A model generated the notes under the pieces. That model searched no databases. It was not told the DNA's origin and worked only from the letters and a program-made list of their open reading frames with translations. From Candidatus Omnitrophota bacterium (GTDB lineage Bacteria > Omnitrophota > Gorgyraeia > Zapsychrales > Zapsychraceae), in contig JADFYE010000005.1 in the NCBI GenBank assembly GCA_015233195.1, positions 12,122 to 76,121 of the forward strand: a stretch of DNA of 64,000 nucleotides. The letters are read 5' to 3'. Positions 18,132 through 28,981 of this stretch are shown here, in pieces. Every line of letters begins with the position of its first letter. Within the stretch, counting starts at the first letter, position 1. A program made the position numbers and the translations under genes.

Positions 18132-19625
18132 TTATCTTTTAGCTTTTTGCGTGAGTTGTTTTAGGCGATCAGATACTGTACGGGTTAACATTTTCTTTTC
18201 AGCTCTCCAAATCCAATTACCCTCTGTAGTAGCTGGAACATTCATCCTCGCGGTCTGGTCTAAACTCAAAACATCCTGCAAAGGAAACAGCGCTATTTGA
18301 GCAGCGGAGTCCATTGCAATTTTTATCAATGCCCAATTTATTTCTTTTCTGGGAACACGTTTTCCAATATACTCAAACACATTCATCTTTTCCTGTAATG
18401 TTGCTTCTTTTTTAAACCATCCCAATACAGTATTATTATCGTGAGTACCGGTATAAACCACACATTTACGCTTAAAATTATGCGGCAAATACGGATGAGT
18501 GTCCATGTTACCATTGAACGCAAATACTAAAATTTTCATACCCGGAAAACCAAATTTATCCATGGTAGCTACCACATCATCAGTAATCACTCCTAAGTCT
18601 TCAGCAATAATCGGTAAATGTGGAAACTTCTCCTCTACTGCAGTAAAAAATTCATCAGCCGGAACCGGCTGCCATTGACCATTAATCGCTGTAGGTTCTG
18701 AAACTGGCACTTGCCAAAAACCTACTAAGCCCCTGAAATGATCAATACGCACAACATCAAATAACTTCAAATTATGTTCTATCCTCCCCAGCCACCACTT
18801 AAATCCATCTGCTTGTAAAGCATCCCAATCATATAATGGATTACCCCAACGCTGACCAGTCTTACTAAAATAATCCGGCGGAACACCTGCCACAAACATT
18901 AAACGTTTTTGTTCGTCCAATTTAAAATACTGCGGATACGTCCACACATCTGAGCTGTCTTCACCGACATAAATTGGAATATCTCCAATTATTGAAACCC
19001 CTTTTTGATTACAATATTTTTTTAACTCCATCCATTGCGAAAAAAATACATACTGTAAAAATTTAACTTCTTCTAGCTTTTGGGAATATTTCTGCGCAAA
19101 ATCTCTTAATACCCGAGGATCACGGTCACGAATTTCTGCAGGCCAAGTATTCCACAACTGCTCTCCAACAATTTGTTTCAACACCACAAATAAAGCAAAA
19201 TCATCAAGCCAAAACGCATTATCTTTACAAAATTTTACAAAATCTTTTGTTGCCCCATTTTTATTTTTAAAAAAATTAGCATACGCCAAATCAAACAATT
19301 TAGTTTTAAACACCCGCACTGCAGGAAAATCAACTTTATCTTCCGAAAAATTTATACTCTCAATATCCTTCTTTTTTAACCATCCTTTTTCTATAAGTTT
19401 ATCCGGACTTATTAATATTGTATTCGACCCAAATGCTGAAAAACTACTGTAAGGCGAATTACCAAAAACATCGCTGGTCGGATTCAAAGGCAATATCTGC
19501 CAATATTTTTGTCCGCTTTGATTTAAAAAATCCACAAACGCATAAGCTTGCGGACCCAAATCGCCTATCCCATATTCTGACGGAAGCGATGTTATATGTA
19601 ATAAAATTCCACTGCCTTTTTTCAT
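18132..19625 (-). CDS. malQ: 4-alpha-glucanotransferase (amylomaltase, GH77)
   Basis: The N-terminal GILLHITSLPSEYGIGDLG is a GH77 hallmark. 497 aa. Confidence 0.85.
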   Translation of the reverse strand: MKKGSGILLHITSLPSEYGIGDLGPQAYAFVDFLNQSGQKYWQILPLNPTSDVFGNSPYSSFSAFGSNTILISPDKLIEKGWLKKKDIESINFSEDKVDFPAVRVFKTKLFDLAYANFFKNKNGATKDFVKFCKDNAFWLDDFALFVVLKQIVGEQLWNTWPAEIRDRDPRVLRDFAQKYSQKLEEVKFLQYVFFSQWMELKKYCNQKGVSIIGDIPIYVGEDSSDVWTYPQYFKLDEQKRLMFVAGVPPDYFSKTGQRWGNPLYDWDALQADGFKWWLGRIEHNLKLFDVVRIDHFRGLVGFWQVPVSEPTAINGQWQPVPADEFFTAVEEKFPHLPIIAEDLGVITDDVVATMDKFGFPGMKILVFAFNGNMDTHPYLPHNFKRKCVVYTGTHDNNTVLGWFKKEATLQEKMNVFEYIGKRVPRKEINWALIKIAMDSAAQIALFPLQDVLSLDQTARMNVPATTEGNWIWRAEKKMLTRTVSDRLKQLTQKAKR

Positions 19626-19626
19626 A

Positions 19627-22065
19627 TTATCTCCTCAATTTCACTTGTAAAACTTTCCCCAACTTATCAAAAGACTCGATCCAAAATTTCGCAGCCACAT
19701 CGTTCTTAACTGCTTTCTCATATTTCAAATGATAAACTGCTTTACCAATTTTAAAATATATATTCTGCGCCCTCCAAATATCCAAAGTAAATGATAGCCG
19801 ATTCAGCAATCTAATGATAGATTCAATATTTCCAATCAACAAAGTGTCTTCCGGATTTTCTTTCATTTTCTCCATTAAAATCGATATACGTTTACTCGCC
19901 TTCAATGAAATGGTTTCTTTATCCCGCATAAATCCCCAGCGCAGCATCTCATTAACCAGCCTCTCTAATTTAGAGACATCAATGTTATCATCCTCGATAG
20001 TATCCATTAAATCACGGTTCAAAATAAACTCAACTGTCATAGCTAAAGGCTTAGGTAAAGGAACACGGATACGATCCCGCAGCTGCATCAGAGGATAATA
20101 TTGATCATATATCTGACGGAAATTAGCTTCAATCAGCTCAACCGTCTCCTCAAATATTTTATTAAGGGCTAATCCTTGCTCATGCTGGAATAAATCCCAC
20201 AAAGTATACGTATGCGCGCCAAAAGAACTATTTATCAATTTTATCAACTCTGGCACATCATTATTTTTAAAAACTTTAGTTATCTGAGAACACATATTAT
20301 CAAAGTAGACCTGATCCACATGTTCCCTTAATCCGCAGGTAATATTATGATCACCTAAATGCAAAACTGCGAATTCTATCATTTTCCCCTCTGTAGTCAT
20401 TTCAGAACGAATAAAAGCCTGACCTATCAACAGAATTTGTTTACCCTGCGTTTCTCTTTGATATTTTTGCGGATCAGCAGTAAACGCATAAATCCGGATT
20501 TTTTTTGAATGATCTCCAAACAAAGAACAGATCGCGTAATGAGCACCGACTTTTAACAGATCGATCACCGCAGGTTTAACTTTTTTTAAATATATATTCT
20601 TTCCATCGCGAAACTGCGGAATATTGCTGTTTGCATATTTGATTTTATCCAAAAACATTGGTTCTAAGTCTATCTCTGCAACGTCATTCGCTAATTGCAT
20701 AGCCCGTGCAGCATACTGCATTATCTGTACTGGTTCTAGACCAGAAATATCGTCGAAAAACCAGCCACAGCTGGTGAACATCAATAAAGCATAACGCTGC
20801 ATTTCAAGCAATTTCAGAATTTTTACCCGTTCAATTGCATTTATACTTTCTTTAAAATTAGTCTGAAAAAATTTTTCTATATTTTCTGTAGACCTATCCA
20901 AAACTACATCAATATATTTATTGCGTATTAACCACGGATTATTTGTAAATACAGTCATTTCCTTGTCGAATACTCTAACCAGTTCATCCCTCAGCCAATT
21001 CATAGTATCCCGCAAAACGGAACGCCACTTTTGATTCCATCCAGCTTTTTTTGCAATACAGCAACCACAATCTTTCTCCCAGCGTCCTACTCCATGGCTG
21101 CAACTCCAAGCTGATCTTTCAATAATTTTAACTTCAAATTTCGGAGGACATTTTTCTAAAAATTCACCATACACAGTTATCTTTGCCAAATTATTCCGCT
21201 CAACATGATCAAACAAATACGATAAAGCCATATTCCCAAATTTTTGATGATGACCATATGTCTCTCCGTCAGTAGCAATATGCGACAACAACGGCATATC
21301 ACTATGGTCAGGAAATACAGATAACAGTCGATGAGCAAAACCCTCACCATTTTTTAATACATCTCCAAAAGCCACATCTTGAGATATTGGACCATCATAA
21401 AAAAATATAATTATGTTTTTCCCCGAAGGTAATTTACATAAATAAGGTATTTTAGGATCAATTTTTGCTCCGACAATATCTTTCCACTGGTCGTCAAAAC
21501 CTAGAGGTTTTATTTGCGCTGCCTGATAAGGACTTAAAATCGTATACTTAATGCCCATCTCTACCAAAAGATCCAAAGTTTGCAAATCAACTGCAGTTTC
21601 AGCTAGCCACATCCCTTCAGGCTTTCTAGCGAATCTATACTCAAAATCTTTAATACCCCAAAGTATCTGAGTATATTTATCGTTAGTATTAGCCAAAGGC
21701 ATAATTATATGATTATAGACTTGAGCAATCGCAGAACCATGTCCATTAAAACGCTTCAAACTTTCTTTATCAGCGTCCAATATAGCCTGATAAACTTTAG
21801 GTGAATTATGCTGCATCCAGGAAAGCAAGGTAGGTCCAAAATTAAAACTCATTTTGGAATAATTATTGACTATATCAACGATACGCTCTTCAGTATCAAG
21901 AATACGTGAAGCAGAATTTGGCTCATAACATTCAGCAGTAATTCTTTCATTCCAATCCCGATATGGATGCGCAGAATCCTGAATCTCAATAGCATCGAGC
22001 CACGAGTTTTCCCGTGGAGGCTGATAAAAATGTCCATGAATACAAATATATTTTTCCATGAGCAC
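19627..22065 (-). CDS. Glycoside hydrolase family 57 enzyme (alpha-amylase, amylopullulanase or glucanotransferase type) with an extended C-terminal region
   Basis: The N-terminal HGHFYQPPREN is the GH57 signature. 812 aa. Confidence 0.8.
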   Translation of the reverse strand: MLMEKYICIHGHFYQPPRENSWLDAIEIQDSAHPYRDWNERITAECYEPNSASRILDTEERIVDIVNNYSKMSFNFGPTLLSWMQHNSPKVYQAILDADKESLKRFNGHGSAIAQVYNHIIMPLANTNDKYTQILWGIKDFEYRFARKPEGMWLAETAVDLQTLDLLVEMGIKYTILSPYQAAQIKPLGFDDQWKDIVGAKIDPKIPYLCKLPSGKNIIIFFYDGPISQDVAFGDVLKNGEGFAHRLLSVFPDHSDMPLLSHIATDGETYGHHQKFGNMALSYLFDHVERNNLAKITVYGEFLEKCPPKFEVKIIERSAWSCSHGVGRWEKDCGCCIAKKAGWNQKWRSVLRDTMNWLRDELVRVFDKEMTVFTNNPWLIRNKYIDVVLDRSTENIEKFFQTNFKESINAIERVKILKLLEMQRYALLMFTSCGWFFDDISGLEPVQIMQYAARAMQLANDVAEIDLEPMFLDKIKYANSNIPQFRDGKNIYLKKVKPAVIDLLKVGAHYAICSLFGDHSKKIRIYAFTADPQKYQRETQGKQILLIGQAFIRSEMTTEGKMIEFAVLHLGDHNITCGLREHVDQVYFDNMCSQITKVFKNNDVPELIKLINSSFGAHTYTLWDLFQHEQGLALNKIFEETVELIEANFRQIYDQYYPLMQLRDRIRVPLPKPLAMTVEFILNRDLMDTIEDDNIDVSKLERLVNEMLRWGFMRDKETISLKASKRISILMEKMKENPEDTLLIGNIESIIRLLNRLSFTLDIWRAQNIYFKIGKAVYHLKYEKAVKNDVAAKFWIESFDKLGKVLQVKLRR

Positions 22066-22070
22066 CTGAA

Positions 22071-24164
22071 TTATTGACTATTTGAAGGCGGCTGTTCCGG
22101 CAATATCCAATCAACCGGTCCACCTATAGAAGAAGGCGCATCAAACGAATACTTATTTTTTCCATCAGTCCCATCTTGTATTCCCCGAGCAAACATTACA
22201 TCTTCAACTTGTTGCTTTCGGCTTTTAGGAGGAGTTTCTGGAATGCGGCGCTTAAAATAAAGCACGCCTAAAGGCGGTATGGTCAATTGAATACTATGTT
22301 TCCGTCCATGATGAGGTATCGGCTTAGATTGAACCCCTCCCAAATTACCCATACCAGCACCCCAATATTCTTTTGCATCAGAATTTAATATCTCTTGCCA
22401 AAACCCTGAAGCTGGAACACCTATCCGATAATTTGTATGCGGAGAAGGCGTAAAATTGCAGACCACTAAAATCACATCACGTTTATTTTTTCCCTTACGC
22501 AAAAAACTTATAATACTTCGTTCCCAATCTCCAGCGTCGATCCACTCAAATCCGTTAAAAGTAAAGTCATCTTCATACAAGGCTGGTTCAGACCGGTAAA
22601 TTTTATTAATTTCTTTCATCAACAAATGGACCCCTTGGTGCGATTCATGCTGCAATAAATGCCAATCTAGTTGAGCATTATTGTTCCACTCATTCCGCTG
22701 AGCCAATTCTACTCCCATAAATAAAAGTTTCTTACCCGGATGACCGTACATATATGCTAATAATGCACGTAGATTCGCAAATTTTTGCCAATCATCACAA
22801 GGCATCTTACTTAACAATGAACCCTTACCATGCACGACTTCGTCATGAGATAAAGAAAGTAAAAAATTCTCCGTATACGCATAAAGCATACTAAAAGTAA
22901 GTTCATTCTGATGAAATTTACGATAAATCGAATCTTTCTTAAAATATTCCAAAGTGTCGTGCATCCATCCCATATTCCATTTCATGCCAAACCCCAAACC
23001 TCCACAAGAAGTCGGGCGCGAAACATTCCCCCAAGCTGTTGACTCTTCTGCGATCATTTGAACATCAGGATAAAATTTATAAACATTTTCATTTAACGCC
23101 CTTAAAAATACTATTGATTCTAAATTCTCATTTCCGCCATAAATATTCGGCGACCAGCCTCCATGCTGCCGGGAATAATCCAAATACAACATCGAAGCTA
23201 CTGCGTCAACCCGCAATCCATCAGCATGATATTTATCAAACCAAAACAAAGCGCTGGAAATCAAAAATTCTTTTACCTCGTTACGACCATTATTAAAAAC
23301 ACAACAATTCCAATCCGGATGAACGCCTTTACGCGGATCACTATGTTCAAATACATGCGACCCATCAAAAAAATATAACCCATGCGCGTCAAAAGGAAAA
23401 TGTGACGGAACCCAGTCTAATAAAACGCCAATATTATTCTGGTGCAATTTATCTATCAATAACATTAACTCTTGTGGAGTGCCAAAAAAAGGAGTGGGAC
23501 CAAAATATCCTAGAACTTGATACCCCCAAGAATTAAAAAATGGATGATCCATGATAGGCATAAATTCAACATGGGTATAACCCATTTCTAAAATATATGG
23601 AACAAATTCTTCAGCTAATTCGGTGTAAGTTAAATACCGGTTATTATCATCAGTTTTCCTGCGCCAAGATCCAACATGCATTTCATAAATTGAAAATGGA
23701 GCATTAAGCGCGTTTTTTTTCGCTCGAGTCTGCATCCATTCTTGATCACCCCAGGTATAACTAAGATCCCATACTTTTGAAGCGGTTTGCGGCGGTTTTT
23801 CACTAAATGATCCAAACGGATCCTTTTTCTCAGTCTTAAAATTATGCTCTCTTGACTCCATAAAAAATTTATATATATCACCTACTTTGACACCAGGGAT
23901 AAATCCCTCCCAAATCCCAGAGTAATCCCAACGCACAAATAATGGATGTTCACCTCTATTCCAACCATTAAAATTACCCACTACTGAAACAAATTTAGCG
24001 CTTGGAGCCCAAACCGCAAAAAATACCCCATCCTGACCATTAACATTCATGGCATGAGCGCCTAAATGATCATAAAGTCGAAAATGACTACCTTCTTTAA
24101 AAAGATAGATATCTTGATCTGTTAATAGACTATGTGGTATTACAGTACCCATGGATTCCCCCAA
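22071..24164 (-). CDS. glgB: 1,4-alpha-glucan branching enzyme (GH13)
   Basis: 697 aa with a CBM48-like N-terminus (FAVWAPSA...VGNFNGWN) and GH13 catalytic motifs (GLRVDAVASM, DWVPSHF). Confidence 0.85.
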   Translation of the reverse strand: MGESMGTVIPHSLLTDQDIYLFKEGSHFRLYDHLGAHAMNVNGQDGVFFAVWAPSAKFVSVVGNFNGWNRGEHPLFVRWDYSGIWEGFIPGVKVGDIYKFFMESREHNFKTEKKDPFGSFSEKPPQTASKVWDLSYTWGDQEWMQTRAKKNALNAPFSIYEMHVGSWRRKTDDNNRYLTYTELAEEFVPYILEMGYTHVEFMPIMDHPFFNSWGYQVLGYFGPTPFFGTPQELMLLIDKLHQNNIGVLLDWVPSHFPFDAHGLYFFDGSHVFEHSDPRKGVHPDWNCCVFNNGRNEVKEFLISSALFWFDKYHADGLRVDAVASMLYLDYSRQHGGWSPNIYGGNENLESIVFLRALNENVYKFYPDVQMIAEESTAWGNVSRPTSCGGLGFGMKWNMGWMHDTLEYFKKDSIYRKFHQNELTFSMLYAYTENFLLSLSHDEVVHGKGSLLSKMPCDDWQKFANLRALLAYMYGHPGKKLLFMGVELAQRNEWNNNAQLDWHLLQHESHQGVHLLMKEINKIYRSEPALYEDDFTFNGFEWIDAGDWERSIISFLRKGKNKRDVILVVCNFTPSPHTNYRIGVPASGFWQEILNSDAKEYWGAGMGNLGGVQSKPIPHHGRKHSIQLTIPPLGVLYFKRRIPETPPKSRKQQVEDVMFARGIQDGTDGKNKYSFDAPSSIGGPVDWILPEQPPSNSQ

Positions 24165-24285
24165 AAAATTTCAACCTAAATTTCGATAACCCCTGAAATT
24201 ACAATATCTTAAAAACGTTCAATTGTATCATAAGAATTTTAAAAAATGAATTATTTTTTATTTTATAAACAAAACTTTTAATTAC

Positions 24286-25470
24286 TTACGCAGCTTCTAG
24301 GCGGGCAAATATTGCAGTATCCATACTCTCCATGTCAATAACCGGAACAGGTCTGGATAAGAAATATCCTTGAACAGCATCAACTCCTAATTGTTTTACT
24401 GCTTCCAATTCTTCTTTCTTTTCAATCCCTTCAGCAATAGACAAAATTTTGTTCTCCTGACAAAAACGTACAATAAACCTTACAATACTCATTTTTATTG
24501 TGTCTTTATGAATATTAGTAACTATATGTCTATCAATCTTTAATACTTCTGGACGCGTTCTTACTATTGATTCCAAACTTGCATATCCGCTGCCTACATC
24601 ATCTACCGCAAATCTAAAACCATTCTGGCGATAAATAGCCAAATGCTCAAAAAAACGGTCGTCATTTGATATAGCGGAACGCTCAGTAATTTCCAATACC
24701 ACTTCATCTGGAGTTATACCTGAATCTTTAAATATCGAATTTACTTCAATAAAACGTGCATCTTCTACCCAAAATGGGTTACAATTCAAAAAAAGTTTTT
24801 TGCCCTTCAACTTCGAACTAGCACTTTTTACAGCTTTTTGCCAGGATAACAATTCCAGATCAGAATAAAAACCATATTGTATACCCCATTTAAATAATAT
24901 TTCAGGGTTAGAAAGTAAGCCTGTAACTTGTGGACGAGCTAAAGCTTCGAATCCATACACTTTTGAAGTTTTTAATAAAAATATCGGCTGAAATGCGGGT
25001 ATCATTAATTCATTATCAACTATATGCCTTAACTGTTTTATTATTGACTCACTTTGTACTGCAGGATCAGCTTCAGAATAACTGTGGGAACGCCGCATAA
25101 CTGATTCGATACGAGCTAAAAGTTCTTCAAATTTAAATGGCTTGGTAAGATAATCATCTGCTCCTGAATAAAGAGCATCAGTTATATCATTAGGAGCTGA
25201 TTTAGCACTTAATATTACAACCGGTAAAGTTTGTGTCTTTGCATCCGCTCTTATCTTTTTTAATACCTCTAATCCGTTTTCATCCGGAAGAATAATATCC
25301 ATTATTATAAGATCGGTTTTAGCTGGGGATATTTTTTCAAACATCTCTTCACTGGAATTAGCCACTGAAACATCATATTCCCTCGATACTAGCAGCATCT
25401 TAAGCATTGATGCAACGGCAATATTGTCATCAACAATTAGAATATGCCTTCTTGATCTCGGAATATTCAT
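24286..25470 (-). CDS. Response regulator receiver domain fused to an EAL domain (c-di-GMP phosphodiesterase)
   Basis: The receiver domain has HILIVDDN...DLIIMDIILPDENG...KP. The EAL domain has EALAR, the core EITE and DDVGSGYASL. The start was taken at MNIPRS. Confidence 0.8.
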   Translation of the reverse strand: MNIPRSRRHILIVDDNIAVASMLKMLLVSREYDVSVANSSEEMFEKISPAKTDLIIMDIILPDENGLEVLKKIRADAKTQTLPVVILSAKSAPNDITDALYSGADDYLTKPFKFEELLARIESVMRRSHSYSEADPAVQSESIIKQLRHIVDNELMIPAFQPIFLLKTSKVYGFEALARPQVTGLLSNPEILFKWGIQYGFYSDLELLSWQKAVKSASSKLKGKKLFLNCNPFWVEDARFIEVNSIFKDSGITPDEVVLEITERSAISNDDRFFEHLAIYRQNGFRFAVDDVGSGYASLESIVRTRPEVLKIDRHIVTNIHKDTIKMSIVRFIVRFCQENKILSIAEGIEKKEELEAVKQLGVDAVQGYFLSRPVPVIDMESMDTAIFARLEAA

Positions 25471-25711
25471 ATACACCTCAACATGTTTTTCTGTATTTAG
25501 TATAAAACATTATTGAAAGAATTAACAGCCAAATTTAAAGCTATTATTGATTTAATAGAAAAGTTGTTTTTATAAATCATTTATTTTCAATATGTTATAA
25601 AACTGGTCTTGCCTAAAGTAAGCGATTACTTATTTTCAAAAATCACCTACATACGACTAAAGCATTACTAATTCGAAAATATGGAAATGAAAGATAATAA
25701 GCATAAAAACA

Positions 25712-26242
25712 TTAGTTAGAACATTTCTTATATATCAAAAACTTAAAAGAAATATCTGCGGATTTTATTTGTGGGGATTCTAATACAAGATAAAACCTAT
25801 CATCAAATTTAGGGAAATGCGCGTCACAATCAAAAGTTTGATCTATACGAGTAATATATAATTTTTCACAAGCCTTGTGTTCTATCGCCTGTTCATAGAC
25901 TTGCTGACCGCCAATAACAAAAATATTATCTACTCCTTTATTCTCTAAAATCTTCAAAGCTTCGTCTAAACCATTAGCGTTTAAAACATCTTTAGGTAAT
26001 TTTAAATTATTATTTCTGGTAAGAACCACATTAATCCTATCTTTTAATGGCTGAAAATTTTTAGGAATAGATTCCCACGTCTTACGTCCCATAATAACCG
26101 CGTTACTTGCCCCCTTATTCAAAACAAAAGTGGTAACTTGTTTAAAATATTTCAAATCAGCAGAAATATGCCAAGGCAAGTGTCCGCTCTTACCAATCCC
26201 ATTATTTTTATCAATCGCGACAACAATATTAAATTTTTTCAT
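25712..26242 (-). CDS. folA: Dihydrofolate reductase
   Basis: IVVAIDKNNGIGKSGHLPWH...VIMGRKTWESIP. Confidence 0.85.
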   Translation of the reverse strand: MKKFNIVVAIDKNNGIGKSGHLPWHISADLKYFKQVTTFVLNKGASNAVIMGRKTWESIPKNFQPLKDRINVVLTRNNNLKLPKDVLNANGLDEALKILENKGVDNIFVIGGQQVYEQAIEHKACEKLYITRIDQTFDCDAHFPKFDDRFYLVLESPQIKSADISFKFLIYKKCSN

Positions 26243-26248
26243 AATATC

Positions 26249-27064
26249 CTAAACAGCTATTGGAAATTTTATAAATGGATCATGCTCATACCCGATTAAT
26301 TCTATATCTTCAAACTTCATATCCAAAACTTTTTTATCTGCAATCTTAACCTGCGGTAATTTTTTAGGAGCACGTTTCATTTGCTCTTTAAGCCCGTCAA
26401 TATGATTTAAATAAATGTGCGCGTCACCTAAAGTATGTACAAAAACCCCAGGAGTTAATCTGCATTCCTGGGCTACCATTGCCAACAATAAAGCATAACT
26501 GGAAATATTAAATGGTACGCCAAGCGCGATATCCGCAGAACGCTGATAAAGCTGGCAATCTAACCTGCCGTTAACTACATAAAATTGAAAAAACGCGTGA
26601 CAAGGCGGTAAAGCCATTCTCTCAATGTCAGCCACATTCCACGCGCTCACAATAAGTCGTCGGGAATCTGGAGTTTTTTTGATCATATCGATAACTTGAG
26701 TTATCTGATCAACGTGTGATTTAATATAATTTTTAGTTTTGTCATCTTGAGTAAATTTTTCCCACTTTCGCCATTGATATCCGTATATAGGACCAAGCTC
26801 ACCATTTTCTTTAGCCCACGCGTCCCAAATAGGAGTATGTTGTTTCAAATCATCATTTATATTAGTCGATCCTCTTAAAAACCAAACTAATTCTCTTACT
26901 ACAGCAGAAAACAAAACTTTTTTAGTAGTTACAATCGGGAAGCCTTCACGCAGATCAAAACGCATTTGATATCCAAACACCGAGATGGTTCCCACGCCAG
27001 TACGGTCTTCTTTTCTCTCACCATTTTCAATAACATATTTAACCAAATCTAAATATTGTTTCAT
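26249..27064 (-). CDS. thyA: Thymidylate synthase
   Basis: EDRTGVGT...IVSAWNV...[11 protein letters not shown]...[15 protein letters not shown]. Confidence 0.9.
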   Translation of the reverse strand: MKQYLDLVKYVIENGERKEDRTGVGTISVFGYQMRFDLREGFPIVTTKKVLFSAVVRELVWFLRGSTNINDDLKQHTPIWDAWAKENGELGPIYGYQWRKWEKFTQDDKTKNYIKSHVDQITQVIDMIKKTPDSRRLIVSAWNVADIERMALPPCHAFFQFYVVNGRLDCQLYQRSADIALGVPFNISSYALLLAMVAQECRLTPGVFVHTLGDAHIYLNHIDGLKEQMKRAPKKLPQVKIADKKVLDMKFEDIELIGYEHDPFIKFPIAV

Positions 27065-27075
27065 TTAATAACCTT

Positions 27076-27945
27076 TCAAGTCCCTTTTTTAAATAAAATA
27101 GCGTTCCAGTCTTTGCCTTTTTTAACACTTACTGGCTTTAATGATTGCGCAAAAACCATTTTAACTTTCTTAAAATTATCGTGTGAAATTCCTGAAACAG
27201 CCAAATATCCGCCAATTTTAACACACTTAATAATCTTATCCGCCATAGCTAATAGTTCTAAAGAAACCAAATTAGCCGCTACCAAATCAAATTTTTTATT
27301 AATTTTACTTCCCCCAAAATCTCCAGTAAGTAAAACATAATCATTATATCCGTTAAACCGTAAATTTTCATCCGCATTTTTTATACAATCTTCACTAATA
27401 TCCAAAGCCATCATATCCGTAGCTCCGCAATTTAAAGCAACTAAAGCTAAAATTCCTGTACCAGTACCAATGTCCAAAAAAGAATTAAATTTTCCCTTTA
27501 AAGATTCAATTAACTCCGACATAAAACGGGTAGTTTCATGCATGCCTGTGCCAAATGCCAAATTACTATCAATATAAATAATCTTTTTAGATTTTTTATG
27601 ACAATATGTGGATTTTAACCAGGCAGGAACTACTACAATATCAGACGTTAAAGCAAAAGGCTTAAAATCTTCTTTCCATTTATTCTGCCAATACTCATTA
27701 TCCATTTCAGAATATCGCGCGATTACATGCTTCAAATTTAATTTTTTAAACTTATCCAAAATATTCTTTGATCTCGAGGAAGAAGAGGAAAAAACCATTA
27801 AAGAAATATTTTTTTTAGTAACCCTTTCAATAATCGCATATCGATCAATTTTTAAATCCAAAACTAAAACATCCCGTAAAATATCAGCAGCGCCTAATAA
27901 ATCCGCAGTTTTTATTAAAAAAGTTATTTGAAAAGTTTTTGACAT
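27076..27945 (-). CDS. prmA: Ribosomal protein L11 methyltransferase
   Basis: AFGTGMHETT...LDIGTGTGILAL. Confidence 0.8.
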   Translation of the reverse strand: MSKTFQITFLIKTADLLGAADILRDVLVLDLKIDRYAIIERVTKKNISLMVFSSSSSRSKNILDKFKKLNLKHVIARYSEMDNEYWQNKWKEDFKPFALTSDIVVVPAWLKSTYCHKKSKKIIYIDSNLAFGTGMHETTRFMSELIESLKGKFNSFLDIGTGTGILALVALNCGATDMMALDISEDCIKNADENLRFNGYNDYVLLTGDFGGSKINKKFDLVAANLVSLELLAMADKIIKCVKIGGYLAVSGISHDNFKKVKMVFAQSLKPVSVKKGKDWNAILFKKGT

Positions 27946-27951
27946 TACAAG

Positions 27952-28971
27952 TTATATTAAAGATACCTTATTCTTTCCAGTTTTTTTAGCCTCATACATG
28001 CCCTTGTCAATCTTAGTGATCAGATCTTTAGCAGTTTCCACATCAGTATCTGGTCTGCCTCCTACCCCTATACTCAAAGTACAAAAAGGCATACGTATAG
28101 ATTCGTCATGCACCAGTTCAAAAAAAAGTTTCTGAATACGTTCAGCCGCAGTAATAGCATTTACTTTATTAGTTTCCGGTAAAATAACCATAAATTCATC
28201 TCCGCCATAACGCCCGACAATATCTACTTCACGTAAATGACTTTTTATTAATGCTGCGGTTTTTTTCAAAACTGCATCACCTTTTTGATGACCGTATTTA
28301 TCATTTACCTGCTTAAAATTATCCATATCGATCATCATACACGACAGATCCAAACGATAACGCTTTGCACGCGCAACCTCTTCTTCTAAACGATAACGAA
28401 TTGCAGAATGGTTCAAGACATTTGTCAATCCGTCAGTTTGAGCCAGTTGTTTCAAATGGCGCTCATAGCGTTTTTGAACCGATATATCCTGTAAAGTCAC
28501 AATTACTCTTTTCCAAGAATTCTTGTATACTTCAGGTACAGATACTTTAAGCCGCACATCATACAATCGTCCAGTCAGCGTCCGACTTTTAAATTCCGTT
28601 TCAAATGTATCGTTACCATTAAGTAATGCTGAAAACTCCTCAACCAAAGTGTTCAGAGCAGACTTATGCACCACTTTCCCCAAATTATCAATTAGTTGTG
28701 CTTTAGTTTTTGCGCCGTACAATTTAACTGCAGCCAAATTAACATCTACAATTTTTAATTTCCGAAAAGTATCTTTTACCAATTTAGGATGATCGAATAA
28801 ATATTTCCGGTAATCTTCAACCTTATATTTTTCTAAATAAGATTTAAGATTTGCTAACGCTGAAAAATCCTCTTCCCAAATCGCAATCGGTGAATAATCA
28901 AAAATTAACTTTAACCGGTCATAATCATAATTATCTTTTACAGTTGAAATCTTTTGTGAAGAGCTCGCCAT
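27952..28971 (-). CDS. PAS-domain diguanylate cyclase (GGDEF)
   Basis: An N-terminal PAS-like region is followed by the DGLTNVLNH, RYGGDEF and Y.AKK motifs. Confidence 0.8.
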   Translation of the reverse strand: MASSSQKISTVKDNYDYDRLKLIFDYSPIAIWEEDFSALANLKSYLEKYKVEDYRKYLFDHPKLVKDTFRKLKIVDVNLAAVKLYGAKTKAQLIDNLGKVVHKSALNTLVEEFSALLNGNDTFETEFKSRTLTGRLYDVRLKVSVPEVYKNSWKRVIVTLQDISVQKRYERHLKQLAQTDGLTNVLNHSAIRYRLEEEVARAKRYRLDLSCMMIDMDNFKQVNDKYGHQKGDAVLKKTAALIKSHLREVDIVGRYGGDEFMVILPETNKVNAITAAERIQKLFFELVHDESIRMPFCTLSIGVGGRPDTDVETAKDLITKIDKGMYEAKKTGKNKVSLI

Positions 28972-28981
28972 AATAAATCCT

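Noticed and set aside
23630-23881. Minus-strand 83-aa ORF inside glgB in another frame
   Set aside because: It is an alternative-frame overlap within glgB. The glgB frame carries the conserved GH13 motifs.
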